From the IMG/VR virus record IMGVR_UViG_3300032293_002041, positions 62,001 through 126,000 of that record: a stretch of DNA of 64,000 nucleotides, one strand, 5' to 3'. The position numbers and the translations under genes were made by a program. This document shows positions 9,575 through 19,297 of the stretch, in pieces; position 1 is the stretch's first letter; each line of letters starts with the position of its first letter. Under the pieces are notes generated by a model. The model searched no databases and was not told the DNA's origin. It saw nothing but the letters and a program-made list of their open reading frames with translations.

Positions 9575-10447
9575 ATGCCCACAGTAAATAGTGATATATT
9601 TTTAAGTAACTCTAATATAACTTCTATTAAATTAGGAAATACTAGTGTTTCTAAAATATTCCTTGGCGAGAATCTAGTATTTGGAAGTACCTTAGAAAGC
9701 TGTACTGACTCAGTCGCTAGCGTTAAAATGACAGGGTGGGCTTCTGGTGATAGGACTCTTGCTCCTATTGGATATGCTCCTTATGGTCGTGAGACCTATA
9801 CCTATGGAGATGAAACTGTCCGATATGAAACGGGGGTATGGCTTTATATTGGCGCAGAAGGAGAAATTACGAGAGCATATAGTTATGCAAACTATCCTTG
9901 GTTAGTAAACTGGCCAGCTCCTTATTCTGGTGAGAAGTTTTGTAGTTTTGGTAGTTCTGGGTTTCAGTGGATGAATATCAGCTCTGTTACTTCAACCACC
10001 GCTTCTGGAATTGGTCAAAACAATATCACGATCTCAATAACACAAACTGGCGGAGGTATGGATGCCCACGATGGCATGGTTGGTGGCACAACCTTTCCCG
10101 AAGCTTACGGAGTACCACTTAGTGGAACTCAAATTAAGAATACTCAAGCAGGTATCTTTACTGCGACTTTCAGTCAACCTGTTAACGATGCGTTAGTTGC
10201 ATTTGCTAGTGTTGGTCAGCAAGGTACCCCAGTTCCTGTACAAGTATCAGCACCATTTACTCCAATATGGGAAACTCTTACAACATATCAAAATTCAGTA
10301 AGTGGCACTCAATATTCTCAGTTTACTGGAGAAGAGGGATATAATATAATTAGAATAGATGGAACTGTAACTACTGTAACTTTCAATTATACTGTTAGTG
10401 AAAATTATTGTACAGTTTGTTTCGGATTTGTTGATCAAAATGCATAA
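9575..10447 (+). CDS. Putative tail fibre / receptor-binding protein
   Basis: N-terminal ITSIKLGNTSVSKIFLGENLVF (fibre-like); beta-rich Ser/Thr/Gly composition. Confidence 0.5.
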   Translation: MPTVNSDIFLSNSNITSIKLGNTSVSKIFLGENLVFGSTLESCTDSVASVKMTGWASGDRTLAPIGYAPYGRETYTYGDETVRYETGVWLYIGAEGEITRAYSYANYPWLVNWPAPYSGEKFCSFGSSGFQWMNISSVTSTTASGIGQNNITISITQTGGGMDAHDGMVGGTTFPEAYGVPLSGTQIKNTQAGIFTATFSQPVNDALVAFASVGQQGTPVPVQVSAPFTPIWETLTTYQNSVSGTQYSQFTGEEGYNIIRIDGTVTTVTFNYTVSENYCTVCFGFVDQNA

Positions 10448-10455
10448 TGCTAATT

Positions 10456-10469
10456 GGTGTATTATATAT
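10456..10469 (+). promoter_or_regulatory. GGTGTATW motif
   Basis: Intergenic GGTGTATTATATAT upstream of ATG 10504. Confidence 0.55.
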
Positions 10470-10503
10470 CAAACATATAATCTATTTTTAATTGGAGCTA
10501 AAA

Positions 10504-10836
10504 ATGGTCAAACCCGGCTATAGAACAAGTGAATTTTGGTTCACAGTAGTTAGCTTTATATTTAGCGGTTTATATCTAGTGGGAATTATTGGAGAAAATT
10601 CTCAAAAAGAAGATCTTATCCAAGAAACTACCAGAGGACTAGAAGCTACAATTCTTGTTATCGGACAATTAACGGTATTATTTAAATATATCAATGGAAG
10701 AACAGATCTGAAAAAGACTTGGTGGAATACAGCAACTCCAGAAGAAAGAAAAGAAGCAAATAAAAAGAACGATAAACCAGTAACAGTAAGAAAAAAGAGA
10801 AAAACAAATGGAAAACCAAAACCTACCAGTAAATGA
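10504..10836 (+). CDS. Holin-like two-TM protein
   Basis: KPGYRTSEFW followed by two hydrophobic helices and a highly basic C-terminal tail. Confidence 0.5.
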   Translation: MVKPGYRTSEFWFTVVSFIFSGLYLVGIIGENSQKEDLIQETTRGLEATILVIGQLTVLFKYINGRTDLKKTWWNTATPEERKEANKKNDKPVTVRKKRKTNGKPKPTSK

Positions 10837-11233
10837 TCTTGGGAATTTAATAGTCAAAGCCAAAGAAATACTTAAAAATGCAAAAGCAGTAGCAATGCCA
10901 CAAGCATGGAACATCTTGCAATTAGCTACAGCTGAAGTTATTCAAACTGTAGAAAATAATAATCCCTCTCTTAAAGGGGTTGACAAAAAAACACTAGCTA
11001 TGGGTATGATCTCTAAGTTTTATGATCAAGTATTTACAATAATAAATTTTCCATTTGTGCCACAAGTTTTCCAGCCTATTATACAGAAGTATGTGAAACA
11101 GATTCTCATGCTTTTGGTTAGTGCCACTATTGATGCTTTAGTTACCACTTTTAGAAATAGTGGAATTTTTGTTGATCCTAGTTACAAAGTTGATCCTACC
11201 CTAGATAATAATCCAAAAGTTTCAGACAAATAA
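10808..11233 (+). CDS. Hypothetical amphipathic-helical protein
   Basis: Overlapping ORF in the same operon, 141 aa. Confidence 0.6.
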   Translation: MENQNLPVNDLGNLIVKAKEILKNAKAVAMPQAWNILQLATAEVIQTVENNNPSLKGVDKKTLAMGMISKFYDQVFTIINFPFVPQVFQPIIQKYVKQILMLLVSATIDALVTTFRNSGIFVDPSYKVDPTLDNNPKVSDK

Positions 11234-11243
11234 GGAAAATAAA

Positions 11244-11660
11244 ATGAATTTTACAGAGAGCTTCCAAGAATTTAGCAGTCGTTTGAGCACAACGGATTTG
11301 GCTCTTTATGCTGGTGCTGGTATCATACTATGGGTATTGTTTAAGGATAAACTTAGCCCTGTTCAGAGTTTATTGATGTCTCTTATGAATAAAGCGAAAG
11401 GTTTGACTAGAGAAAGCACTGGTACGCTTCCAATGGTTGATGTTCCAGCTGTTGTTCCAGCTGTTGATCTAGTTGTTTTACCAAAAGCTGTTAGCGTTAG
11501 CGATAAAGATGATATATTCTTTAAGCTGGTTGTGTCGTGGAAACAAACTCGTGACCTAGCAGAAAAGAGCGGTTGTGTTGAAGCTATTAAGGTTGCTGAT
11601 CAGATGTTTCCATTTCTAAGTCCCAATGTATGTGCTAAAAAAGAGGATAAAGTGATATGA
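11244..11660 (+). CDS. Hypothetical membrane protein
   Basis: AAGGA SD; TM segment LALYAGAGIILWVLF. Confidence 0.6.
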   Translation: MNFTESFQEFSSRLSTTDLALYAGAGIILWVLFKDKLSPVQSLLMSLMNKAKGLTRESTGTLPMVDVPAVVPAVDLVVLPKAVSVSDKDDIFFKLVVSWKQTRDLAEKSGCVEAIKVADQMFPFLSPNVCAKKEDKVI

Positions 11661-12148
11661 AAAATAATATCTTATTAGTAGTAGCTGGATTATTAGTTTT
11701 GATTGGATTAATAGGATTTGATTTTGGTAAACTTAATGTTGTACCAAATAGACCTAACTCTATTGATGTATTAGAACTACCAGAACCAACAGACGAAGCT
11801 ATTAAAAAAGAAGCTGACGATGTTGTTGCAGTACTAAAAGAGTCTGAAGCAAAAAGTGACGCTAAGAGATTACGAGACCTGTATCTTGATTTAGCAAAAC
11901 TAGTTGAGCTTGATGGTGAAGATGAAGTAATTAAAAGTACAGAAGAAATTCGTCAAGCAAATAGTTTGGCCGGTGTTATGCTCAGACTAGATATTAAGGG
12001 TAAATATCCTAATTTAGCTAAAGAAGCTAAAGAAGTGGTAGTAGCTGCTATTGGAGACGATCAAATTCCTTTATCAAAAGAGCTAAGAACTAAGGCTGTA
12101 GAAGGTCTTAATGCTTTAGCCTGGGCTTTTAACATAGGATCAAAATAA
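11657..12148 (+). CDS. Hypothetical exported/membrane-anchored helical protein
   Basis: N-terminal signal/TM (MKNNILLVVAGLLVLIGLIG). Confidence 0.6.
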   Translation: MKNNILLVVAGLLVLIGLIGFDFGKLNVVPNRPNSIDVLELPEPTDEAIKKEADDVVAVLKESEAKSDAKRLRDLYLDLAKLVELDGEDEVIKSTEEIRQANSLAGVMLRLDIKGKYPNLAKEAKEVVVAAIGDDQIPLSKELRTKAVEGLNALAWAFNIGSK

Positions 12149-13071
12149 TGAGTAGATTTTCTCCTAAAGAATTATACGATAATTATCGCAAAGGATTTAG
12201 TGGATGCATCTGGGAAGAGCATGTATTCAATCATCTGATGGAAACTTCTAAGTATCCACTATTTGGTGCTGCTAGTAAAAGAATTAGTGGCAGTGGTAAA
12301 GGAAAACTGTCAACACCATATAAGAGTGTGTTAAAGTTTGATAAGCATCCTTATAATGAAAGACAAACTACCGGGGATTGTGTTAGTCATGGAACACGAA
12401 ATGCTTGTGATGTAACCCGAGCCGTAGAAATAGATGTGCACAATGAGAGAGAAGATTGGATAGCAAAAGGTGCTACAGAAGCTATCTATGGATACAGAGG
12501 ATTCAGCGGACAAGGTATGAGTTGTGCCAGAGCAGCTGAATTTGTTAGTAAGGTTGGCGGTCTTGTGGTTAGAAAGAATTATGGGTTTGTGGACTTTAGT
12601 AAATACAATGGTAATCTAGGTGCTGGCTGGGGAGGTCGAGGACTTCCAGACAAAGTATTAGATCTAGCTAATGACCACCAAATTAAGACTGCTTCATTAA
12701 TACGAACAGTAGAAGAAGCTCGTGATGCTCTTGCTAATGGTTATGGATTAGCAGTATGTTCTAATTATGGATTTAGCAATACTAGAGATAAAAAGGGATT
12801 TGCTAGAACATCTGGTAATTGGGCTCATTGCATGGCTTGGATAGCTTGCGACGATACTGGTGGTGAGCCAGCATTCTTAGTACAAAATAGCTGGGGTAAA
12901 TGGAATGACGGAGGACATCCAGAATGGGGTCCAATCCCAGATGGTTCTTTTCTTATTCATGCTGATGTAGCTGCTGGAATGTTATCTGCTAATGGTTCGT
13001 ATGCCTTTAGTGGCTTCGATGGCTTTCCATTACAAAAACTACCAAGCTATGGATTTGAAGACTATCTATAA
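12148..13071 (+). CDS. Papain-like cysteine peptidase (C1 family)
   Basis: QTTGDCVSH (oxyanion Gln plus catalytic Cys), WAHCM (His), VQNSWG (Asn). Confidence 0.85.
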   Translation: MSRFSPKELYDNYRKGFSGCIWEEHVFNHLMETSKYPLFGAASKRISGSGKGKLSTPYKSVLKFDKHPYNERQTTGDCVSHGTRNACDVTRAVEIDVHNEREDWIAKGATEAIYGYRGFSGQGMSCARAAEFVSKVGGLVVRKNYGFVDFSKYNGNLGAGWGGRGLPDKVLDLANDHQIKTASLIRTVEEARDALANGYGLAVCSNYGFSNTRDKKGFARTSGNWAHCMAWIACDDTGGEPAFLVQNSWGKWNDGGHPEWGPIPDGSFLIHADVAAGMLSANGSYAFSGFDGFPLQKLPSYGFEDYL

Positions 13072-13107
13072 GATAATTTAATCAAAGATAATCAGGCATG
13101 AGGAATT

Positions 13108-13122
13108 GGTGTATTAATATAA
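13108..13122 (+). promoter_or_regulatory. GGTGTATW motif
   Basis: Intergenic GGTGTATTAATATAA upstream of ATG 13151. Confidence 0.55.
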
Positions 13123-13150
13123 TACCTATCCTTTTACAGAGATTATTTCT

Positions 13151-13348
13151 ATGAGATTAATAGATAGAATAGCTCTAAATAGAGCAATCCAAATGGCTTT
13201 AAATTTTATCTTAGCTATTGTTAAGATGTTCGATAAAAGCACTCCAGAAGATAAGCCAGATGGTCCCGTTAAACCAAAACCATCGCCTAAACGCAGACCT
13301 TTAAAAGATCTGATAGATAATGTTGTCCCATGGAGAGAACAAAAATGA
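13151..13348 (+). CDS. Small hypothetical protein
   Basis: Amphipathic N-terminal helix and Pro/Lys-rich tail. Confidence 0.55.
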   Translation: MRLIDRIALNRAIQMALNFILAIVKMFDKSTPEDKPDGPVKPKPSPKRRPLKDLIDNVVPWREQK

Positions 13349-13689
13349 ATAAATTATTTGTTGGTTTATTCTGTATGGGTTTGTTATTCACTCAGTCATC
13401 CTACTATGGCTCTACAACAGCCCCTGTAACCCTTGCTGGAGGAATTATTAAAGCTAAACACACTCAGGAAGCTACACAAAAATATAAAAGAAAAGATTGC
13501 CCAGTTTGTAAAGGCAAAGGCTGGTATATGAGTGGTGATGGTATATTAAAAATTGATTGCACATACTGTGAACCAGATAAAAGCTCGATATCTGTTGGAC
13601 CAATAACTTCTATCAATCCAAAACCTACAACAGAAAGCCCAAACTGCACAAGCGGTCAATGTAAACCATCTATTATAATTAGGAGATAA
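13345..13689 (+). CDS. Exported CxxC zinc-finger protein
   Basis: Signal-peptide-like N-terminus from ATG 13345; CPVCKGKG...CTYC and CTSGQC. Confidence 0.55.
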   Translation: MNKLFVGLFCMGLLFTQSSYYGSTTAPVTLAGGIIKAKHTQEATQKYKRKDCPVCKGKGWYMSGDGILKIDCTYCEPDKSSISVGPITSINPKPTTESPNCTSGQCKPSIIIRR

Positions 13690-13691
13690 TC

Positions 13692-14090
13692 ATGGCAGAC
13701 AACGAAAAGTTAAAAGCTATTGCTATTAAAGTCCTAGAAAAATCTAATGTTCCCAAAGAAGATAATTATGGTTTTGCAATAGTGACTGTGTTGATGATTA
13801 TTAGTATAATATTAACTTGTATAAGAATATTGCAAGAATGTAATAAGAATAAATTATCGACTTCCTCAACAGAGTCTGATAAGTATAATCTATATGGAGA
13901 GCAATTAAAAACATTCAGCACAAAGCGTGGATGGTTTACCAAAATGAGAATTAAGAAAATCTTAAGAAGAGAGATGACCAGAGAAGACTACGAAAAATAT
14001 TCTTTTGCTATATTATCAGCTTTGCTAGATACAGGAGAAGTTCTCACGGATGAGGAGGTTATTACTTTAGTGGAGGCAGCCAATGTTTAA
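13692..14090 (+). CDS. Hypothetical membrane protein
   Basis: AGGAG SD; TM FAIVTVLMIISIILTCI. Confidence 0.6.
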   Translation: MADNEKLKAIAIKVLEKSNVPKEDNYGFAIVTVLMIISIILTCIRILQECNKNKLSTSSTESDKYNLYGEQLKTFSTKRGWFTKMRIKKILRREMTREDYEKYSFAILSALLDTGEVLTDEEVITLVEAANV

Positions 14091-14334
14091 TATTTTAGTA
14101 TGGTGTGTTTATGGCATATTTGTTGGCAGTATTGCTAAGAGTTTAGTTCCAGGCGAAGAAAATTTTGGATTCATCAAGACAGTTGCTTTAGGTGTAGCTG
14201 GTTCTTATATGGGTGGAGCATTACTTTATATGATTGGTCAGTATAGCACAGTAAGTCCAGCTGGTATATTTTCTGGGGTTGTTGGAGCTGTTATATCCTT
14301 GGTGTTGTACAATAAACTAGCGACATCAAAATGA
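14083..14334 (+). CDS. GlsB/YeaQ/YmgE (transglycosylase-associated) membrane protein
   Basis: W..GIFVGSIAK.LVPG, LGVAGSYMGG, GVVGAVISL; three TM helices. Confidence 0.8.
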   Translation: MFNILVWCVYGIFVGSIAKSLVPGEENFGFIKTVALGVAGSYMGGALLYMIGQYSTVSPAGIFSGVVGAVISLVLYNKLATSK

Positions 14335-14335
14335 C

Positions 14336-15883
14336 ATGCTTACCCCAAGACAACTCTATTTATCCTATTCGTTAAATCCATGTATTTTAGGCTCCGAATC
14401 TGGAGGAGTTGGATTAGGAACTCCGTATAGTCTACCAAGATTAATCAAATTTTTAAAACATCTAAAATATCCATGTATAGAATCTACTCCAAATATTGAA
14501 AATATAAGAGATACTGGAAAACAAAGGATCGGCATACCATATAAATTTTTATGTCGTGTGGATGCTGAGGCTTTTTGTGAAATTCAGCCAACGATTAGTA
14601 GTGGTTCTTCTCATGCTGTTAGAAATTCTGTTGATATAACACGAGCATGTGATCTTGAAGTATCAAATAATTATTCTTTATGGCAAAGCAGAACAGCCAC
14701 AGAATATATCCAGCATTTTGGAGGCAACTCATTAGTTGACTGCTTGATGACTTTAGGACCGGATTTAGTTTCCGATGAAACTGCTCAATCCAGAGCTACT
14801 GGTTGCGGTATAATGACTTGCTTACCAAATACACAATATGGAGCTGCTGGGGCATTACATTCTTGTACTAAATTAATGGGTGAGTTAACTGCTAAGTGTC
14901 GTAGTTGTAAAACCTGTAATAGTGATCCACCAGATCCACTTGATCCATGTTGTAATCCTGGTAATTGCACAGAGTATACTAATAAGTGTTGTGGAGGAAT
15001 AATAACAGATAGAGATGATTTTTCATTCTGGGTACCATCTGACGATAATTATTTTAGTGGTAATCAATTAGATGGATTTGTTGGTAAAATTCTTAAACAT
15101 ATTGGTATTCTAAAGAGAAAAAGCTATGGAGGATATGGTAATTTTATAGATAATAGTGGGCCTAATTTCTATGGATGTAGAGACGATGTTTTTTTAAAGT
15201 ATTTTCAAAGCATTAATGGATATAATTATACTGATGATACTATCATACCGCAAACAACCCCTCCAGCCACTAGAATAGATAGATGCAGATCCATCTGCAT
15301 GATTAACTATACTGATATGAATAGAAATATTGGCATGATCAAAGATTTAATTTATAATGGTTATGGTATCGTATTAATGACTAATGTTGGTTTCCCAGAT
15401 TTTCGTGATTCTACTGGATTAAGTTATCCAGATAAAATTTGGTATCACTCATATTCTATCATAGGATACGATGATACTAAACTACAATATCCTGAATGCG
15501 TTTATTTACTATCTAATAGTTGGGGTGAATGGAACAGCGGAGGAGAGCCATTCTGGGGACCAATACCCAAAGGAAGTTTTTTGGTTACTGAAAGCCATTT
15601 ACGATCCATGATATCTTTTAATCAATCGCCCAGCTACAAAGGCTGCAAAGCAAGATATTGTCCTCCACCATGTACGAATCCCAGTGAATATGCTGCTTGT
15701 AGCGAAGACTCTAGCTGCGTACCATTTGAATGTACAGACAGACAAAGAGCATTCGGATTAGTTTTTGCATTATCTACTACAGAAGGTTTTACAAAGAGAA
15801 CTCTTAACTATAAACAATTTTTACCAATAAATAAACTAAGATCATTAAATCAACCATCAGAACTATTTTTTAAGAGCTATTAA
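14336..15883 (+). CDS. Papain-like paralog lacking the catalytic Cys, with Cys-rich insertions
   Basis: Colinear with 12148..13071 (SHAVRNSVDITRA, ATE, NGYG, WYHSY, LSNSWGEWN.GG..WGPIP.GSFL); no Cys at the nucleophile position. Confidence 0.7.
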   Translation: MLTPRQLYLSYSLNPCILGSESGGVGLGTPYSLPRLIKFLKHLKYPCIESTPNIENIRDTGKQRIGIPYKFLCRVDAEAFCEIQPTISSGSSHAVRNSVDITRACDLEVSNNYSLWQSRTATEYIQHFGGNSLVDCLMTLGPDLVSDETAQSRATGCGIMTCLPNTQYGAAGALHSCTKLMGELTAKCRSCKTCNSDPPDPLDPCCNPGNCTEYTNKCCGGIITDRDDFSFWVPSDDNYFSGNQLDGFVGKILKHIGILKRKSYGGYGNFIDNSGPNFYGCRDDVFLKYFQSINGYNYTDDTIIPQTTPPATRIDRCRSICMINYTDMNRNIGMIKDLIYNGYGIVLMTNVGFPDFRDSTGLSYPDKIWYHSYSIIGYDDTKLQYPECVYLLSNSWGEWNSGGEPFWGPIPKGSFLVTESHLRSMISFNQSPSYKGCKARYCPPPCTNPSEYAACSEDSSCVPFECTDRQRAFGLVFALSTTEGFTKRTLNYKQFLPINKLRSLNQPSELFFKSY

Positions 15884-15885
15884 TT

Positions 15886-18798
15886 ATGGCTATATCTAAA
15901 TGGTGTGACATAAATTCATGGTTTAAAAATGATAATTTTTCAATACCTGCAAATAAAATTCCTATCAATGAGATTGATGATATAATTATAGAAGACAATG
16001 ATTATTTATTTAATGTTCTAGATAACTCATGTTATAGCCGTATTCCTTCTTTAGTTTGTAATAATTTATATGTCATCCCTGGTTTTCTTGATAATGTAGG
16101 AAATGATATAGATGTTATATTTTCTTGTCAAAAACTAATAGCCTCAAATGTTGTAATAAATTCTGGTATTATTTGTATAGATTGGGATAACAATATTTGC
16201 GAGTGGACTGTCAAATCATTCAGTGGATTCAATAAGTTTGTTAAATTATATTGTACATCAGAAGAAAACTTCTGGCTATCAAATAGTATATCTAGAGAAA
16301 TATATCTAAATTGTCCTCAATACATTTCTTTAAATGAGTGTACCTTCAACAAAGGACGTATACAAACAGAAAATGGTAAAATAAGTGGTACATCATTAAA
16401 TAATATAAATTTAATAGGCATTTATGATATAGTAAGTAGCGAGCTGATTAGTTGTACTGGCAATGGAGAATTTAAATTTTTAAATAATTCTAAAAATTCA
16501 TCAACTATATACGGAGATACATTATTTTTAGAAAGTAAGAATGATTCTAAAAGTATCATATATGGACCTAGTATTTTTTCTGGAATAAATAGCAGTATAA
16601 ATAGTGGTATTATTGTAGGTGATTGTACTTTTTTTAATTCACAAAATTTTGGTACAATATCGGGAAATGCAATTTTTACTAGTGGATCTATAAATAGCGG
16701 CGTTGTTACAAATGATGCTATTTTTTATTCTGGTACTATTAATTATGGAAATATTTTTGGAGATGCGATTTTTGAATATAGTAATAATTATGGTATGGTA
16801 TCTGGAAACGCTGTTTTAAATACAGGAAATAATTATGGTAAACTACTAGGTGGTTCTACATATATGTCATCTGGCTTGAATACCAAAGATGGTTTTATTA
16901 GCGGACTTCAAATTCAACTAATTAATTCTTCAAACGAAGGACAAATTAAATGTCCACTTGCTTCTACAGGAGCAGAGAGTTCTACTTGTTCTTTAATTGA
17001 ATCAGATAATCAAAATATTTTAGTTGCAAATACTATCAATACAAAGCGTATAATTACAACAGGCTACCCCAAACCATTCAATGGTCTATCGGGCACAATT
17101 ACTTGTGAGTCTATATCCATTGGAAGCGGATATTTTAATGGAGGAGATATAAGTTCTTTAGACTATACTTTTATGTCAACTTCTTCCAATGACGGTACGA
17201 TTGGTCCCGGAGTAGTTGTACCAATTTCAGAAACCACAAATAAACCAGATATTAGTAGGAGTTATCAGTCTGGAACTGTAGTATTTAATTCTGGTTGTCA
17301 TAACAATGGAATCATACTATCTCCATGTATATCAACTTTTAATAACGCTATTAATTTAGGAAATATTTCTGGCGGATGCATTTTTAATAAATTAAGCTAT
17401 AATTTATCAAGTATAAATGCTAATAATTATGATATTATTTATTTTAACGATATAAGCATTAATAAAGGTACTATATTATCTAGTTCTAGTCAAACAATTT
17501 TTAATGATAATTCATTAAATGATGGAACTATATACTCTTTTGTCTATTTTAATAATAGATCAAAAAATTCAGAGACAGGAAATATAAGATATGCTTCTTT
17601 TAAAGACTTATCACAAAACTCTGGCAGAATTGAAAATGGTTATTTTTTTAATGATGCAATTAATAATGGATTCATAACTAACAGTGGTGATTTCTTTGAC
17701 TCATCACAAAACCTATATCCAGCAAAGATTAGCGGTGTGGTTAATTTTTATAATGCTAGCATTAATTCTGGAGATATTAACTTAGCAAATGCTAAATTCT
17801 ACGATAACTCTAAAAACTATGACTATATATATGGTAACAGATCTAAATTATTTTTCGACAACTCACAGAATTTTGGATCTGTAAATAACGCTAAATTTTA
17901 TGACACGTCAGTAAATGTAAGGTTTCTGTTAGGAATTACTGAATTTTATAACAATAGTTCTAATAAGGGCTCATCTAGCTTTGATGATGATACATATTTC
18001 TATGATGACAGCACTAATAATGGACTAATAGATAAAGCTTTTTTCTTTGACCGAAGTACTAATCAGCATAATATAATAACATATAGTGGTCTTGATGGAT
18101 TAATTATATTTAATAATAGTTCACAAAATTTACAACCAATACAAAATAGAACAATTATTTTTAATGATACCAGCTCGAATCAAAGTACACTAAAAATTAT
18201 TCTAACACCTCAATATTCTCCTAGCGGTAATACTATTAACTTTAATACTCAGGCTGAGAATAGAAGCGAAATTATAGAATATAATTCAATTATTTTTTCT
18301 AGTGGAGCAGAGAATTACGGGGATATATCCGTTACTGGCACTGGCTGTATGCTAGTTTTTCAAGACGGTTCTATTAATTTAGGTTATATTAATATAAATA
18401 ATGATGTTCAATTTCAAAATGCAATAAATTCTGGTAGCATAAGAAATCAAGCACATTTTGAAGATAGCACAAATTTTGGAAAAGTTCCATATGCTACATT
18501 TAATAATAGTATTAATTCTGGTATAATTAACTATGGTATATTTATGCAAAATTCTACAAATTTAACTAATATAGCGAGTGGTGTATTTAATAATTCTAAT
18601 AATTCTGGCTATATTTTTCAAAACGGTATATTTAGCACTTATTCATCTAATCGAGGAAATGTAGGAAATAATGCAGATTTTACAGATTATTCAGCAAATT
18701 ATGGTATTATAAATGGAAATGGATCTTTTTTCACTTACTCATGCAATTATGGAACAGTACTAGGAGAGCTTCTGACAGATTCGTCGTGTACAGGTTAA
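15886..18798 (+). CDS. Asn/Ser/Gly-rich beta-solenoid repeat protein (putative virion fibre/adhesin)
   Basis: Many approximately 16-18 aa repeats of S.N.G.(I/V)..(A)..F, e.g. SQNFGTISGNAIF, SINSGVVTNDAIF, SNNYGMVSGNAVL. Confidence 0.65.
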   Translation: MAISKWCDINSWFKNDNFSIPANKIPINEIDDIIIEDNDYLFNVLDNSCYSRIPSLVCNNLYVIPGFLDNVGNDIDVIFSCQKLIASNVVINSGIICIDWDNNICEWTVKSFSGFNKFVKLYCTSEENFWLSNSISREIYLNCPQYISLNECTFNKGRIQTENGKISGTSLNNINLIGIYDIVSSELISCTGNGEFKFLNNSKNSSTIYGDTLFLESKNDSKSIIYGPSIFSGINSSINSGIIVGDCTFFNSQNFGTISGNAIFTSGSINSGVVTNDAIFYSGTINYGNIFGDAIFEYSNNYGMVSGNAVLNTGNNYGKLLGGSTYMSSGLNTKDGFISGLQIQLINSSNEGQIKCPLASTGAESSTCSLIESDNQNILVANTINTKRIITTGYPKPFNGLSGTITCESISIGSGYFNGGDISSLDYTFMSTSSNDGTIGPGVVVPISETTNKPDISRSYQSGTVVFNSGCHNNGIILSPCISTFNNAINLGNISGGCIFNKLSYNLSSINANNYDIIYFNDISINKGTILSSSSQTIFNDNSLNDGTIYSFVYFNNRSKNSETGNIRYASFKDLSQNSGRIENGYFFNDAINNGFITNSGDFFDSSQNLYPAKISGVVNFYNASINSGDINLANAKFYDNSKNYDYIYGNRSKLFFDNSQNFGSVNNAKFYDTSVNVRFLLGITEFYNNSSNKGSSSFDDDTYFYDDSTNNGLIDKAFFFDRSTNQHNIITYSGLDGLIIFNNSSQNLQPIQNRTIIFNDTSSNQSTLKIILTPQYSPSGNTINFNTQAENRSEIIEYNSIIFSSGAENYGDISVTGTGCMLVFQDGSINLGYININNDVQFQNAINSGSIRNQAHFEDSTNFGKVPYATFNNSINSGIINYGIFMQNSTNLTNIASGVFNNSNNSGYIFQNGIFSTYSSNRGNVGNNADFTDYSANYGIINGNGSFFTYSCNYGTVLGELLTDSSCTG

Positions 18799-18835
18799 CA
18801 GCTTGCTATGTTTCCCGTGATTGTTATTACATACC

Positions 18836-19297
18836 ATGAGACCAAATTGGCAGGAATACTTTACAGGATTAGCACACGCCATATCGGCGCGTAGCCACGA
18901 TATACAAACGCAACACGGATGTGTTATTACTGATTCTACAAATAGAATTTTGGGGGTTGGATATAATGGATTTCCAAAAGGGCTAGATGATACTCGACTA
19001 CCAAACACTAGACCAGATAAATATCCCTGGATGATTCATGCAGAACGTAATGCTCTCTCAAATTGCACAATAAGACCAGAGAATGGTATAGCATATGTTA
19101 CTGGTCAATCCTGTAATGATTGTATAATGGCCTTATGGCAGGAAGGCATTACAAAAGTATTTATGAGAAAAAATCATGGCACACATCTATTTGATGAAGA
19201 GCAACAAAAAAGATTTAACTTGTTTATACAAATGAGTGGCATTAATATAGAATATATCGATCCCGACCTATCCTGGATTAGGAATATCAAGGTATGA
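18836..19297 (+). CDS. dCMP deaminase (ComEB-like)
   Basis: RPNWQEYF, GVGYNG, IHAERNA, SCNDC zinc motif. Confidence 0.9.
   Translation: MRPNWQEYFTGLAHAISARSHDIQTQHGCVITDSTNRILGVGYNGFPKGLDDTRLPNTRPDKYPWMIHAERNALSNCTIRPENGIAYVTGQSCNDCIMALWQEGITKVFMRKNHGTHLFDEEQQKRFNLFIQMSGINIEYIDPDLSWIRNIKV

Noticed and set aside
11441-11466. 12-nt tandem duplication (TGTTCCAGCTGT; VPAV-VPAV)
   Set aside because: Simple in-frame slippage in a linker; only two copies.
15886-18798. DNA-level repeat array or ice-nucleation protein
   Set aside because: Repeats are degenerate and at protein level only; they do not match the AGYGST octapeptide pattern.
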